Of a DNA stretch of 64,000 nt, positions 25,608 to 38,936 are shown piece by piece. Under the pieces are notes generated by a model. The model had not been told where the DNA came from and did no database searches. It saw only the letters and a list, made by a program, of their open reading frames with translations. The DNA comes from Podarcis gaigeae (taxonomy: Eukaryota). The DNA is taken from the NCBI GenBank assembly GCA_964106915.2, contig OZ066915.1; one strand, 5' to 3'. How positions within the stretch are numbered: position 1 is the stretch's first letter; each line of letters begins with the position of its first letter. The position numbers and the translations under genes are program-made.

Positions 25608-25795
25608 AAGGACTGTGACTCAATAGGAGAGCATCATTTTTGCATGGAGAAAGTACTAGGTTCGTTCCCCAGTATCCCCAGGTTTGGTTGGAAGATCTCT
25701 CTGAAATCCTAGAGAGCCACTGTCTGTCAGTGTAGACGGTCCTGAGCTAGATGGGCCAATAGTCTGACTCAGTATAAGGCAGCTTCCTGTGTTCC
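25608..25795 (+). mobile_element. tRNA-derived SINE with CR1-type tail (Squam2/LF-SINE-like)
   Basis: tRNA-like head, then gtcagtgtagac...gagctagatgggccaatagtctgactcagtataaggcagcttcctgtgttcc. Related copies at ~6120-6215, 27435-27630, 28812-28985 (-), 33241-33407 and 40731-41425 (-). Family name tentative. Confidence 0.7.
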
Positions 25796-25843
25796 CAACT
25801 GCTGTTCATTGAACTGTTGTTGGGTTTTCTTTTTTCAAAAGTA

Positions 25844-26084
25844 CAAGCGTACCTTGGAAGTAGAACAGAATCTGTTCCGGAAGTCTGTTCGACTTCCAAA
25901 ATATTCAGAAACCAAAGTGCGGCTTCTGATTGGCTGCAGGAGCTTCCTGCAGCCAATCAGAAGCCCCGTTGGATGTTCAGCTTCCAAAAATAGTTCGCAA
26001 ACCAGAACACTCACTTCCGGGTTTGCTGCATTCGGGAGCCGAAACGTTGGAGAACTAAGCTGTTCGAAAACCAAGGTAAAACTG
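25844..26084. mobile_element. Tc1/mariner-type MITE with perfect internal hairpin
   Basis: TA-flanked, degenerate TIRs; 21-bp perfect inverted repeat at 25921-25965. Confidence 0.8.
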
Positions 26085-28007
26085 TATCCCATTGTATGAT
26101 CAAATGGATGGGAGCAAGCCTGACTGCCTGTTCTCATTTTAGAGGAAACTGGAAAATAAACTTGACTTAAAAATGCAATGGACCATTTAATGGGAGTATT
26201 ATATGACCATGGGCAATGAGGTGGGTGAGCTAGCAAAGCATGGGCATGATCCACCATAACTACTTTGGTGCTTGGGGTGGCAGGCTCCCATTGCACCCTT
26301 GAATATTAGGCCTTCCTTAGCATGGCTGAACTCAGAGTAAATTGATTACCAGATAAGTAAAAGCTTTTCAACTCTGCATCTCAACATTCTAGGAATCTTA
26401 AAAAAATCACAACAAGTAGAGGCAGCTGAATTCTTTGGTACTCTAAGTTTTTCGTGGGAAATGGCATATGTGGGTACATCGACTGTGCTGCACTGACTTT
26501 GTATTATGTGTGGTTTTCAAAATGCCAGGGAATTAGGAAACTGGTGCAGGTGTTTAAAGATACTTTGTTTTAATTTATGTAAAAGCATTTCTAAACCAAT
26601 TAAATATTTAAAAAATCTCTAAGCAGTATACAAAAATCCAACATTAAAAGTGTGTAAACCAGTATTATAAAAAGGATACCTATTTTAATTAGGCCTATTA
26701 TTCATTTTCTGGCTCCCTTTTTTATTAATCAGGGTATGACAGTGAAATTGGAAGGTCTAGAGAGAGTCCCAGTTTTCCCACAGAACCTCAGCAGCAGCAT
26801 CTGGTTCTCTCTGCCTTTATTTCTTTGCCTGTGGGAGGGATAAGCATAGAAGCACTTTTCATTGACAGTGTCTCAGCTTTGTAATTGTAGGAGTTGTGGA
26901 ACAAATGCTTGTTGCATAGCTAATACATGAAAAAAGTAGCTTGTAGAATGAGAGTTACGGTTACTGAATAAACCCAAGGTCTCTCTGGATGGCAGGATCT
27001 GCCTAACCAGCCCAGTCAGAACAGCCCTGCACTTCAGATTGTGCCACAGGGCTTCCTTTGCTCCCCCCTCGTGCCCCCCGCAATTGGCTATTGGGAGGAG
27101 GGTTGGCATAACCCACAGAACAGCCCATGGGGGGCAGAGAGGAGACTTCCATCTGGCAAACTGCAATGCTTGTGCAGACAGAACAGCTGGAAGAGCATGT
27201 CAAAAACACCGCCGAAATCCTTGCAAGTCTTTCAGTCCTACTGTAAACCAAGGCATGAATGAATTCGCAATTCTGCACAGTATTTGAGGGCTGCATCACA
27301 TGCAGTCTGGAGAGATTAACAGTTTGTATGAAGGTGGGATCCTAGAAGCATGTAATTTACCGAGTACAGAACTTTGCCTGTTGAGTGGAAACAACTTTAA
27401 TCTTCTGGGAAATAAAACTTTGAATAGTAGGGTTGTACCATAGCTCAGAGGTAGACTGCATGATTAGCTTGCTTGCATAAGGTCCCTAGTTAAACCTGGC
27501 ATGCCCATTTAGAAGGATCAGGCAGCTGATAATGGGAAAGACTTCTTGCCTAAAGACCCTGGAGAGTCAGAGTGGGCAATATTTGGCTAGGTGAGCAAAT
27601 AGTCTGACCTGGTTCAAGGCAGCTTCCTTGGTGGAATATGTTGGCTATAATGTCAATTGCATATTAGCACAAGTGTGTCTAGTTTACTGTTCTACCAAGA
27701 GAGAGTTTACATGTTTTCCTCCATGTATATACTAAGAACTAATGTGAAGTTGTGTCTCCAAGAAGGTATATGGACCCTTCCACAACTGCACATTCTTAAA
27801 ACAGTAGGATGTTAAAGTGAGCGGGCAGACGATGTACATAAACTCTCAGGTTTCCATACCTTGAAAGGTAGCTGGCCAGAGTTTGGCAGAGGAGCTGGAC
27901 TGTTAGAGTCTTCTTATGTTTGACATTTCAGGGCTATATTTTTCCTGAATTTAAGACAGAATAGGGAGGTGGGAACCTACAATGTCACCCAATGCTGTCA
28001 TGATTTT

Positions 28008-28149
28008 TTGTTGTTTGCTGTTTAGCCGTTTAGTCGTGTCTGACACTTCGTGACCCCATGAACCAGAGCACGCCAGGCACTCCTGTCTTCCACTGCCTCC
28101 CGCAGTTTGGTCAAACTCATGTTAGTAGCTTCGAGAACACTGTCCAACA
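28008..28149 (-). mobile_element. RTE/Bov-B LINE 3' end
   Basis: Reverse complement of the copy at 50147-50333 (gtttagtcgtgtctgacacttcgtgaccccatgaaccagagcacgcc...). Confidence 0.85.
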
Positions 28150-28811
28150 ATGAGGCAGAAAACTACAAAAGGAGGAGTAGCTTGATATTGGATATTAAAG
28201 GCATGCTATTTTGGATTGCAAGCTAGTATGTCTCTGGGGCAGGATACTCTAGCCAGTCTTCCATAAATCATACATCCTATCCAAAGTAGAAACGTTTCTC
28301 AAATGTTTTAGTAATGTAAACATTTCAAGCATGAGGTAATTCAGTTGACTTGTGTTTTCATAACATCCTGGCTAACTGACTTTCGTTTACTAATGTCCCA
28401 ATAACCATTAACAACTTGATGCGGGATACAGACCTGCCCTTTTTTGCTCCTGCCCCATTCTTGCCAGAGGACTGAAATGGGATCATCATTTATAGCAAGG
28501 ACACCAGTAATAGATTTTAAAATGACAGCCAGCCAGCTTTTGCTTCTGCCAACAGGATCTCACTGGGAGCCCCAGCCAAGGACAGGAGCTGAGCAGGAGT
28601 GGGATGCAAGTCCTTGTTCTAGAGTGTGGTATTAAGTTAAAAAGTGGATGTCACTGAGATATACCTTTTGTTTGCTTTCCTGCTTTGGATCTAACTGGGA
28701 AGTCCAGATGTTTAGAAAGCCTTGTTTTTTTTCCATAAACTACTAAGTATTCCACTTCCCTACACTGTTGAAATAGGTGCTGGAGAAAGGCTTGGAGGCG
28801 TCAGTGAATCC

Positions 28812-28985
28812 AGGGAGCTGCCTTATACCTTTGGTCAATCTTGAGCTTAGTATTGTCCACACTGAATGACAGCAGCTCTCCAGGATTTTTAGGCTGTGAA
28901 TCTTTTCCAGTCCTATCTGGAGGTGCCGAATCTGAGACCTTCTGTGTGCAAAGCAGATGCTCCTCCACTGCGCTACAGCCCTTCC
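28812..28985 (-). mobile_element. tRNA-derived SINE (Squam2/LF-SINE-like)
   Basis: Minus strand gggctgtagcgcagtggaggagcatctgctttgcacacagaaggtc...ataaggcagctccc; same family as 25608. Confidence 0.7.
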
Positions 28986-30254
28986 CCATAAAACTTCCAG
29001 GAGGCTGGAGTATTTAAATTTCAGTCTGGGTGAAAATGTAGATAAACTAGCACCAGCCACTGTAGCATCTGTGGGATAAGATTTATTGGCCTCTCTGTTC
29101 TATAGAATGCTTACAGATGGAACTTTCCTGCTTGAAGTCTTGAGGCTGATACTCCTTTTCTGTAGCCTTCTAGTTTCCACATCAGGATAGGGAGCTGGCT
29201 TTTAAAAGCTCCTGGTTCTCAAGCTCACTTTAAAGCAGTGAGCCATACTGAGACCAGAAATATCCCCCCTCCCCCAAAAGGGTAGAGCCTAGGGATGAAA
29301 CATTCTACCCCAACACTGGAAAAAAGTGCTGGGCTTCTGGCAACAGAAGGGCTCAAAATCTAGATACGTAGCACCCACGCCCCTGCCCTTGCCTCTATAT
29401 TTCATCTTCTCAAAATGTGTTAAAATCATACCTTGCATATTCTCCAGAATCACCTGTCTGATTGGGTTGTTTTTTTAAAAACCCTTTTTATGAAGCTAAC
29501 AAATTTGCTAGTTATACAGCAGGATCTGAAACTTTATAAAAGTGGACTTAGAAGTATTCCTGTATGACACATTGAAGAATGTACAAATTTGTGTGGGTCC
29601 CAAAATGTAGAAAAAAGTATTTCTGGAATGGGAGACTAAGGAAGTGGATTCCTTTGGAATTGCTTTTATCTTCTTGCTCTCTTGCATAAGTAAAAGCAGC
29701 TGTTCCTATTTTTAATCTGGCAAATGCTAGATAATGATAATATGCATCGGCAGGTGAACAAGGACAATTTTTTTCAAGGGTTGTTTTTAAACCTCAAAGC
29801 CCAGGGGGTAAGCCTCCCTCCCTCCCTCCCTCCCTTCTTGGGTAACCACAATGTTTGGCAGCGGCTGCAGATTCATTTCTTTCCCCTTTCAGTACTGTGT
29901 GCCAGCTTAGCCCTGTTCCTTCCCCACCCTCTCCCGGAACTGGCTGCCATTAGTATGTGAACCACATTATGAAACATAGCGTCTTGTAGGTGTGTGCAAC
30001 GGCTTTATATGTGTGTTGTTCAGCTCAGACGGATGCCCGGGGTGGTGGTGGTGGCAGCAGCAGCATTACGTAAGCTGCTCCTTTGGTCCTGTCTAGAACT
30101 CGGCGTCTGCCCCAGCAAGAGGTTGGGGAGCTCATTAGCACCAGCTGCTTAGCCAAGCAACCCAAAACATCCCAGCATGGCTACAGCTGTACTCTGAGAG
30201 GAAAATGCTGCCTTCCATCAAGCAAAAACACTACAGATTTGTCAATGACCACAC

Positions 30255-30258
<4 letters not shown>

Positions 30259-30339
<81 letters not shown>
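30259..30339. repeat. Compound microsatellite (GT)23 + (CTGC)n
   Basis: Directly visible. Confidence 0.95.
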
Positions 30340-30341
<2 letters not shown>

Positions 30342-31621
30342 TCTGTCTCTGTGTGTATGGCTTAGGTGAACAAACATGTTGACTCCTAAACCTGAGGCTC
30401 AACATTCTTGAGCATCTTCATAATTGGAGTCAACTGTGGTTTTAATTGTTAAATAAGATGGTTATATATGTTATGTAACTATACTGATAGCATCATTCAA
30501 ACTTTCCCCCACCACCACCACCACTGTGGGAAAATGAGAGACTTTCCCATTATTTATTGTTAATTTCCTTCATCCTTCCCCCACCCAAAAATATGCAGAA
30601 CAATACAACCCACACAAAAAATATAGTGGTTTCTTTTCCATAAAAAGCCAGGGTTGAATTGTGAAGACCTCCGTTTTGGATTCCTGCTTGGGCATGTGGT
30701 TTTGGGCAAATCACTGTATCTCTGCCAAACCTCCCTCAAAGTGTGTGTTCTGACGATGAAATGGGAATAATTCCATCTCCTAAGATATTTGGAAGAAGTC
30801 TAGGATTACATGTGTGATGATAAATGTATAATATAATCAGTAGCTCCTGTCCCTCATGTTGTCTTTCTTCAAACAAAATTTGATTTTGGATACACCAAGT
30901 GATGTGTCCTACACCTTGTAAAAACAGCGGGTGAGGATCTTTAACTTCCATCTGCAGAAATTTTAAACAGGCAGGTCTTGAAGCCTTGTCTCAAAATAAT
31001 ATGCAAAGATGTAAGATATTATCAGAATAATTGGCCTGAGTTCATTATTTGGGGACTCCTTTATTACTGTACTCTGAAACATGTTTTCTGGTCATTTGGC
31101 ATGGTAGCCTTTAAAATAGAGTGAGAAGCCTGTTGCCCTCCTGTTACTGAAACCTCAATTCCTGTCAGCCCCAGCTAGGCCAGGTCAGGGATGGTAGGAG
31201 TTGTAGTCCAGCAACAGCTGGAGGCCACCAGGCTTCTTCCCACAGTTGCTTTGAAATTTAATCAGTGACAAATATATGGTAAGTACAGACCACAAGTCTT
31301 GAAGGAATTCTGCTGAGGACACTTAAAAGTGGTGTAACTCCCAGCAGTCATGACTGGAATTTTGAACATGAAATGTACATAGCAGCTTTCTTATAATTTA
31401 TAGCTGGGGTATTTTGTTAAACACAGAAAGAAAAGCAAATTTTATGCATAGGCACCAGTCAGCCATCCTATCCTGCTACCTAGAAACCTGGTTGAAGTTA
31501 GTGCCAAGCCAGAGAGTGATACTTTGAAGGCAATTATTGAGCTGGTGCAGGTTCATTGGAGTGTAAGTGGTCATTCAAGTAACCATGTCTTAAACTTTCA
31601 TAACTTAAAACTTTAGAGATA

Positions 31622-31862
31622 TAGTGGTACCTCGGTTTATGAACTTAATCCGTTCCTGAAGTCCGTTCTTAAACCAAATTCGTTCTTAAACCCATGTGTG
31701 CTTTCCCTAATGAGTTCTCTTGCCGCTGGTGCCCTTCCACAATTCAGATTCCGTTCTTAGACCAAGGTAAAGTTCGCAAACCGGAACACTACTTCTGGTT
31801 TTGTGGAGTTCGTAAACCGAATCATTCGTAAACAGGACTGTTCTTAAACCGAGGTATCACTG
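31622..31862. mobile_element. Tc1/mariner-type MITE
   Basis: TAGTGGTACCTCGG...CCGAGGTATCACTG|TA; inverse orientation to the copy at 53389. Confidence 0.82.
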
Positions 31863-33240
31863 TACAAATGGGTGGCCATTGTAGCTGATGCAGAGTTGCT
31901 GCTAGGCCCCATAAGTATTTCAGCAACTGGGATTTTGCACATGCTGAAGTATGTACAGTATATGTATATAATTTGCCTAAACTACTAAAAGGCGCTAGTG
32001 ACTGTTGTAGCCTGCAATTCCACTGATAATACTGAGTCAGGGAGTACTCCAATATGCATCGGATTCTTCAGCCCTCTCTAAAAGCAGTTGCAAACCTCCA
32101 TCCAAAGAAGCAATCTTCCCAAGCAACTTTACCTTGTTCATACCAGGATTAAGTTTCCACTTCTTTCCTCTCATTCATCCTGGAACTGTTCCCAGGTATA
32201 TGCTCATCATTTCCACTGCATCCCTGGAATTAATTGATGGAAACAAGCAGCAGAGCTTTGTGGTCTGCATTCAGTGACACCTTTGTCCAAAGCTCCAAAT
32301 AATTTCACCCAACTGTTTACTTTAAATCAGAAGTGACAAACCTGTGGCTCTCCAAATGTTGCTGGACTCCAACTCGCATCGGCCGAAGCCAGTGTTCAAC
32401 AGCCAGCAACAGGTGGATGGCCTCAGGTTAGCCTCTGTTGTAAAAAGTTTGAAAGTACGGGACACAGGCTGGTAGCTTGGGGCAGTTTGGGGTAAAGCAA
32501 TAGTTCTAATACAAATGCAAAGCAAGAAGCAATTACAGATAGTCACAAAGTGTAGAAAAAACACCACAATATATCAAAGGCAGGCTAAAATCGATCACTA
32601 GTTCATTAATCTACCAAAGGGAGTGAAAAATATTTGAACAAGAGAGGAGAGTAAGTTATTTCATTTGTGTTTTGTAGGAAAAAATGGTTTGTAATATCCC
32701 ATATCTGTGTTAAAGTTTCATATTCTAAACCTATTTGTCTTGGACCCTGAAACTATGCTATAACTGAATAGGCAATGCATTCTTTATCCAGATATACACA
32801 CTGCTAATATGGACATGTCATTGAGAGTATCAGAACTGGGCTTCAACAATGGTCCTTCCAGCACAGAAATCTGTATTGGGCTGCCATCTGGATAATGCAG
32901 ATTCAGTAACCGAACAGACAGCGCCACAACACAGAAGCACATACACCCATAAGCATTTCCACACACATAATTGTACATATGTTCACACAAACACACACTG
33001 TTGATAGGTTGTGATGTTGCCTAGTTTCAGGCCCATCAAGGACAAGTCACGTGAGGATTCAAACAGATCTGGTGATGACAGAAGAGAGCATCTTATTGTG
33101 AAATGGAAAACCTTGGCACTTAACCTGAGATTGACTCCAAGTAATGTTTTGCTCCAGGAGGAGAGTGGGCTAACAAGCTAGAACAGGCAGCCCAAAGCCA
33201 AAACTGCTGACTTAGATGGCAAACTTTGGCTGAGAAAAAA

Positions 33241-33407
33241 ATCAGTGGTAGAGCACCTGCCTTGAATGCAGAAGATGCCTGGGACCTCCACATAGGGATG
33301 GGAGAGAACCTCGTTTGAAACCCTGGACAGCTACCACCAGTAAGTGTAGATGATACTGAGCTGGGTGGACCAATGGTCTGTCTCAGGATAAAGCAGTTTC
33401 CTATGTT
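33241..33407 (+). mobile_element. tRNA-derived SINE (Squam2/LF-SINE-like)
   Basis: tcagtggtagagcacctgccttgaatgcagaag...gtgtagatgatactgagctgggtggaccaatggtctg...gcagtttcctatgtt. Confidence 0.68.
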
Positions 33408-36400
33408 GCCATCATTTATGTAGTACCCTGGCTGAACTCTAACCCCAAAGTTTACACAGATCAAGGTATAGGAGCCTAGTAATGGATGATGTCAAGCAAA
33501 ATCTTATCTTGTCCTAGTGGATGTAACTGCAGGTGCTGTGTAAAAACCCACCCACTACTTTCTACCTCCACTCACTCACTCTGTATTGTTCTTGATATGA
33601 CTTCTGACTTGCCAGGAAAAGCCTGTACAGTTGAGTGCCTAGCAGAACTAAGCCAGGGCCGGGCAGAAGGCAGATTTCGGCAAGTCTCTCTGACTCTCAA
33701 TTGTCTAACAATAGCAACCATTAAGAAGCTGTTGTGCTTCAAATTAGGTTTCCTGTAAGAATGGGGGAACATCAGGAGTGGATTTTTGTTTGAAGGCACT
33801 TTGAGCTTGATTATTAAGTTTGCACTTGCCTCTGAGTGCCCCTCCATATTACCTGTTTATTGAATATTTATCCCAATTTGCAAGCTGACAGAGGTGAAAC
33901 TGCATCCTAGCTTTACTAAGCAGTCCTTCTGATTTGTTTGTCAGGAAGGACAGTTATACGATAATGAGCATTTATCTTGCATTCATTCTGATTTGCTTAT
34001 CTTCCTGTTAGTCATTTGTTCATCCCACACTTTCCAATGCATTTTCTTGTTACTATCACAAACCTTAATAAGTTATATTCCTTTTTAAAGTTGATATATT
34101 ACACTAAGGCAACAGAGTCCTTTAACCCACTAAACACATAAATCTAAAGTTCCAGCATGGATATGAATCATTCCCATGAAAAAGTGACAGTCTGGAAGCA
34201 CCCAGATTGGTGGGCTTCAGGGTTCCTGGAGAAACCAGTAGATTCTGCAAGCTTGAAGCCTGCCCACCCCTTGTGTAACCCACCAAGTCTTGGGCTGTGT
34301 ACACACTCATATTTACTCTGCATCCAGTGTGCTCCTACCATTGGTTTGTGAAGCATTGTACACACATTAGTCACAATCCGTATCTATCCTTTATCTATCA
34401 TGATGTTACTTAGGAAACAGTGCATTTTGATGTATCTCCCTGCAAACCAGCTTTTATCTCAATTCAGAAAAGAGGTGGACCTAGCTCCTTTTAAGCCAGT
34501 AACATGAACATGTCCTAAACAACATAAGTGGATTTTACCCTTGTTCTTCTCTCCTAATTTTCTTTGTAATTCTTGCCAGATAGTTCTCCTTTTCTTGGTT
34601 CTCTCCTAGCACAGTTCTTTCTTATTGTGGGTTAGGAATACATGCTATGGACGTGTTATAAGCATCTTTAGAATCTTGCATGCATTTTTTTAAGGTCAAA
34701 TCCTAGTGCCTAGCCTCAAAAATGAAAGGTTGTCATGCTGGCTTGATCACTTAAAAGAGTACTTATCTGGAGTTTGCATCCACTTAGCAGCTAGGGTTGG
34801 GCTCTAGCAGGTATCTGCCCAATTTATAGTACACCCAGTTAAAGCAGCATAGGTTCTCACAGCAGACGGAAAGCAGGAGTCGCTGCATGCAGATGCATCT
34901 CTAGGAGTTTCTGCAAGGTTTGGAATTGACTCTGGGGTTTGCATTGGGTTCAAGGGGGCTGCAGAGTAGTAGGAAGGGTCTGGGCTGCTGCTTACTGTTG
35001 CCTAGATAGATAGGGATGCTGAATTGTGGCACTTAAGTGGTAGGTGTTGATCAAATAGGAGGTGCAGCTGGGAGTGTCACAATCATGTCAATAAAGTAAT
35101 GGATTGATGTTGGTGAGATGCAAGGAAAAGAGAATTCACTTTAGATTGCTGCAAATGCAAGCTCTAACTCACCTGTGGGGGAATTTTGCATCCTCCTGAC
35201 CAAGACAACCACTCCCTCTGTGCTTCAGTTCCTTGTTTTCAAAACGGGAATAACAGTGATTTATCACTAACGGTAGAGGAGAATAAATAAGGATTTCAGA
35301 TACTAAGAATTACACTTCCATATAGGCCAGTGGAAACTAATGTGGTGTTCTGGAGGTGTTGTAGACTCCAAATCCCAGTGGTCAGGGATTATGAAAATGA
35401 ACAACTTCTGGAGGGCACCATGTTAACTACCCTTAGTTAGTCCCTAGAATCTCAGGGAAAGGCTTGCTGTCATCCTTCTCCTCCTCAGCCTGGTGTGCAG
35501 TGGCCTTCTGCCCTCTTGCCAACAGAGAACTTAGGCAACAGGGAGCCACGTCCAAAGTGTGGCTTCATGTAGGCAGCCATGCTTTTCTTGCTTTGTCCCT
35601 CTTTCCAGGCTCTCACCCATGGCATCTTGCTTCTCAAAGGGGCTATTTGTGGGCAGCATGGGTGGGTGCCAGCTCCTTATACAAGTATGTGGTGTGTTTG
35701 TCATCAGTACAAGCTGGGTAGAAATACGATTTAATATGGCGGATTGATTACCACCAAGGAGCATGGTTGGTTGCAGCTCTGTATCCAGCAGCTGGTCAGG
35801 GAGAAGGCGGAAATTGTGGTTTCCTCGATCATCCCTTTCTAATCACAAGGTACGCACACCCTCCATTTTAGAGCTGAGGAAAGAACTCAGCCTTTCATGT
35901 GTGTAGACCCTGGCAGTTTCTCAGTTTGAGACTGGTGGGGGAAAGAAAAGTTATCCTTCCCTTTCTCTTTCTCTTTCTCTCTCTCTCTCCCCTCTCAACT
36001 AGTTTCTTCTGCATCAAGGCTGTTTGCTTGGTTCATCCCTGTTCCAGAAGGCAAACCCTGTGGGTGTTGACTTGTCAAACATTGGAAGAGAACTAGGCCC
36101 AGTGAGGAGAGTGGTTCCATCAGGTTTCCAGAGAAGAAGGGCTGTTTGTTTGCTTTTTAATGTGTGTGTGTTTTTAAGGATTTGGATTCAGCACAGGATT
36201 TCTTGAAGAGGTGCAAGAGTTAGCAGAGTAAGAAACTGCACAGAAGGGAGCAGGTCCTGAATATCACAAATTCATGCACCAAACTCATAATTAGGCTGAA
36301 GTTCCCAAGCCAAGCCTTGAAGGCACACATTAGTTTTGGATATTTGGTATGGTGTGCATTTTAAAATTGTAACCTGCATTGAGCCCTTGGGGAGGGTAGG

Positions 36401-36473
36401 CTAGAAAAACAAATGATGACTAATCAGACTCCTGACAAGGAGCCCTCACTTTCTATACATGAGCTCTTATCTT

Positions 36474-36613
36474 TAGGTTCCTGTGGCCAAACTTGGCCCT
36501 CCAGATGTTTTGGGACTACAACTCCCATCATCCCTAGCTAACAGGACCAGTGGTCAGAGATGATGGGAATTGTAGTCCCAAAACATCTGGAGGGCTAAGT
36601 TTGGCCATGCCTG
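36474..36613. mobile_element. Palindromic hAT-like MITE
   Basis: Long fold-back ccctccagatgttttgggactacaactcccatcatc / gatgatgggaattgtagtcccaaaacatctggaggg; near-identical to 42253-42388. Confidence 0.8.
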
Positions 36614-38792
36614 GTTACAGCATTGTGTTTGGTTTGTTTCTGTGCTGAGTGGTAAGTGCTGGTCATTGGACCAGGGAATTTAAAGCATCACCCGCTTGAA
36701 TTTGTTCAACCAGTGAGATCCTCAGCAGAGACGCTGCACCATATCCTGCCACCATCGGGGGGGGGGGGGTTGGATGGGTGGATTAACATAGGGCAAGGCC
36801 TTTTGGGGAGGCCTTAGCGCAGCAGTCAGGCTTTAGAGCTCCCTCCTCCAGGACACTCCTCTCATTTTTGTGTAGGACACTTTCTGCCCACCTCTCTACA
36901 AATTCCCTACTGAAATAAACCCTTTTTCTTCTCACAAGCTTGAGTGACGCCCCAATGCTCTTGCTAATGCTGCAATGCCTATATAATGCTTATATGGGAA
37001 TGCGGTAAATTTAATATAACTCACTTGGACTTATTTCTGAGCAGGCACAACATACAGGTTATGCTGCAAGGGCTTCCAAACCTTCCCTTTTTGTTTCCCA
37101 ACCTTTCACATTTTACCTTTCATCCGCACTTCTTCTGCTTCTACATTATTTCAGTCACTTTCCCGGACTGTTCTATCTCAGGTCCTTTGAGTTGCCATGC
37201 TGCATGTTACATTTACTTCCTTTCCCCTGACAATTAGGAGGGAATGCGACTGCAAGCACCCTTCAGCCAGCCCAACCTCTCACCCCTCCCATCTCACCCC
37301 TCCCTCCAGCTTCTAATGCCAAGCAATCAAAGAAGAGTCTACCTTTAGGAGAGATGTAAAAGGTCAGCACAGAGGCACTTCGGTATTTAGAAACCTGTAG
37401 GGGCTGTCAGAGCAGCCTTCTCTTCTCTTCTCTTCACCTTGCCTAAGAGCTGCTTCCCAGGTGGAATTTGGGGAGAATTGCTAAGGGAGTCTGTGCTCTT
37501 TGGATTGCTTCTCCCCTGCAATTGCCCTCACTGAGGGCGAAGCCAAATCAACTGATAACCTTTTGCACAGGTTAGTGTTAAAAACCGGTTAAATTGTGCC
37601 CTGCTCCTGCATCCACTTTCTGTTCTGCTTGTGAAATTTTGGTTTCATGGATGTTGCAAAACTCTGTCTTCTTTAACTATTCTTTCCTATGAAAATAGAC
37701 AATCAGAAATGTTTTGCTTACAGTGAAATCTGCTTTGTGGTGTAGTTTGCCTGCATGAAGGTCTGGAAAGGAGAAGTGGAACTTGATTTCTCCTCTTTAA
37801 AGATTAATATGTGATCAAGGTGACAGAAAACCAGAGGTGTTTTGCCCCAATGAATTGTTTGGAGGTGTGGGCTTTCTATGTCATTGCAGTCCACCAAACA
37901 GAAATCTGGTCCAAAATCCTATCTCATCAATGGACTTGCTAGATAACCATGAGTGTCATCCTCTGTCCACCCTCAGCTGTCTAGTCATACAATGAAATAT
38001 TTATAGCCACCTCTGGGATGTTGTGATGAATGAAATAATAAAAGCCATCCTATAAATGGGCAGGCATAATTTAATCAAGACTGTACTGTAATCTTTTAAT
38101 TTTTTAAAAAAATTATGGAAGTACATAGAATAACTAATTATCAAACTACCCTGGACTGGTAGGGGTGCAAATGATGATTTGCAACCCAATTCTATACATG
38201 TGCAATCATATATTTAAAGTGCAATCCTAAACATGTCTATATAGAAAATGCTTGTTAAATGTATATAGGATTACTGCCTTATAACTTGTTATTTAATAAG
38301 TAATTATTTAATCAGTTCTGCAGCATCTTGGAGTCTCCCACATAGCTCCCTGTTGTTCGTGCTATAACAGACTTAGCACAGGTACCCCACAGGGCTTTGT
38401 TCAGTAAATTGTGTTTCTTTGTGTAACAATATGGGAACATGTATAAACTTTGTCCCAGGTGGACAGACCTTTGTAACAGAAGCCAGGCATTAACAGCTGT
38501 AATCCTTTAACAGTTGCTTTTAATGTTATGTAACAGCAAACAGGTTAATAAAGTAAACTTTTTATTAAAAAACCGAATGTGTTGAAACTGGGTGTGGGAA
38601 TCTGAACTTTTTAAAAGATGGTTACTAGGGTGTATTGAGGGTCAAGGCTCTGCTCCTGGCATTGCGAGGAGACTTTTAGGGAAGCAAAGAAAGGCTAATA
38701 GTTCCTTAGCAGGAGCATGTCTTAAAAAAAAAAAGGACTTCCCACAACTGTGGGTCTTTTTTTAAAGCTATGTATGTGTGACTAGACTAAAT

Positions 38793-38936
38793 GCGATCCA
38801 CCTGGAGAACGAACTGGCAAACCACTCCAGTATTTTGCCAAGAAAACTCCATGGACATAAAAAAGGAGACTCTTTGAGAAGAAAGTGAGAGTTTCCAAGG
38901 CATGCTCTGGTTCATGGGGTCACAACTAAACAACAA
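38793..38936 (+). mobile_element. Internally deleted Bov-B derivative (Bov-A-like structure)
   Basis: ctggagaacgaactggcaaaccactccagtattttgccaagaaaactccatggac joined to the Bov-B 3' end ctctggttcatggggtcac...actaaacaacaa. Confidence 0.6.

Noticed and set aside
25835-26296. 153-aa ORF, and the 147/109-aa ORFs at 19681-20201
   Set aside because: They run through non-coding MITEs and show no transposase motifs.
30083-30405. ORFs with CVCVCV/HTHTHT runs (also the ERERER/LSLSLS ORFs at 42325-42618)
   Set aside because: Translations of microsatellites.
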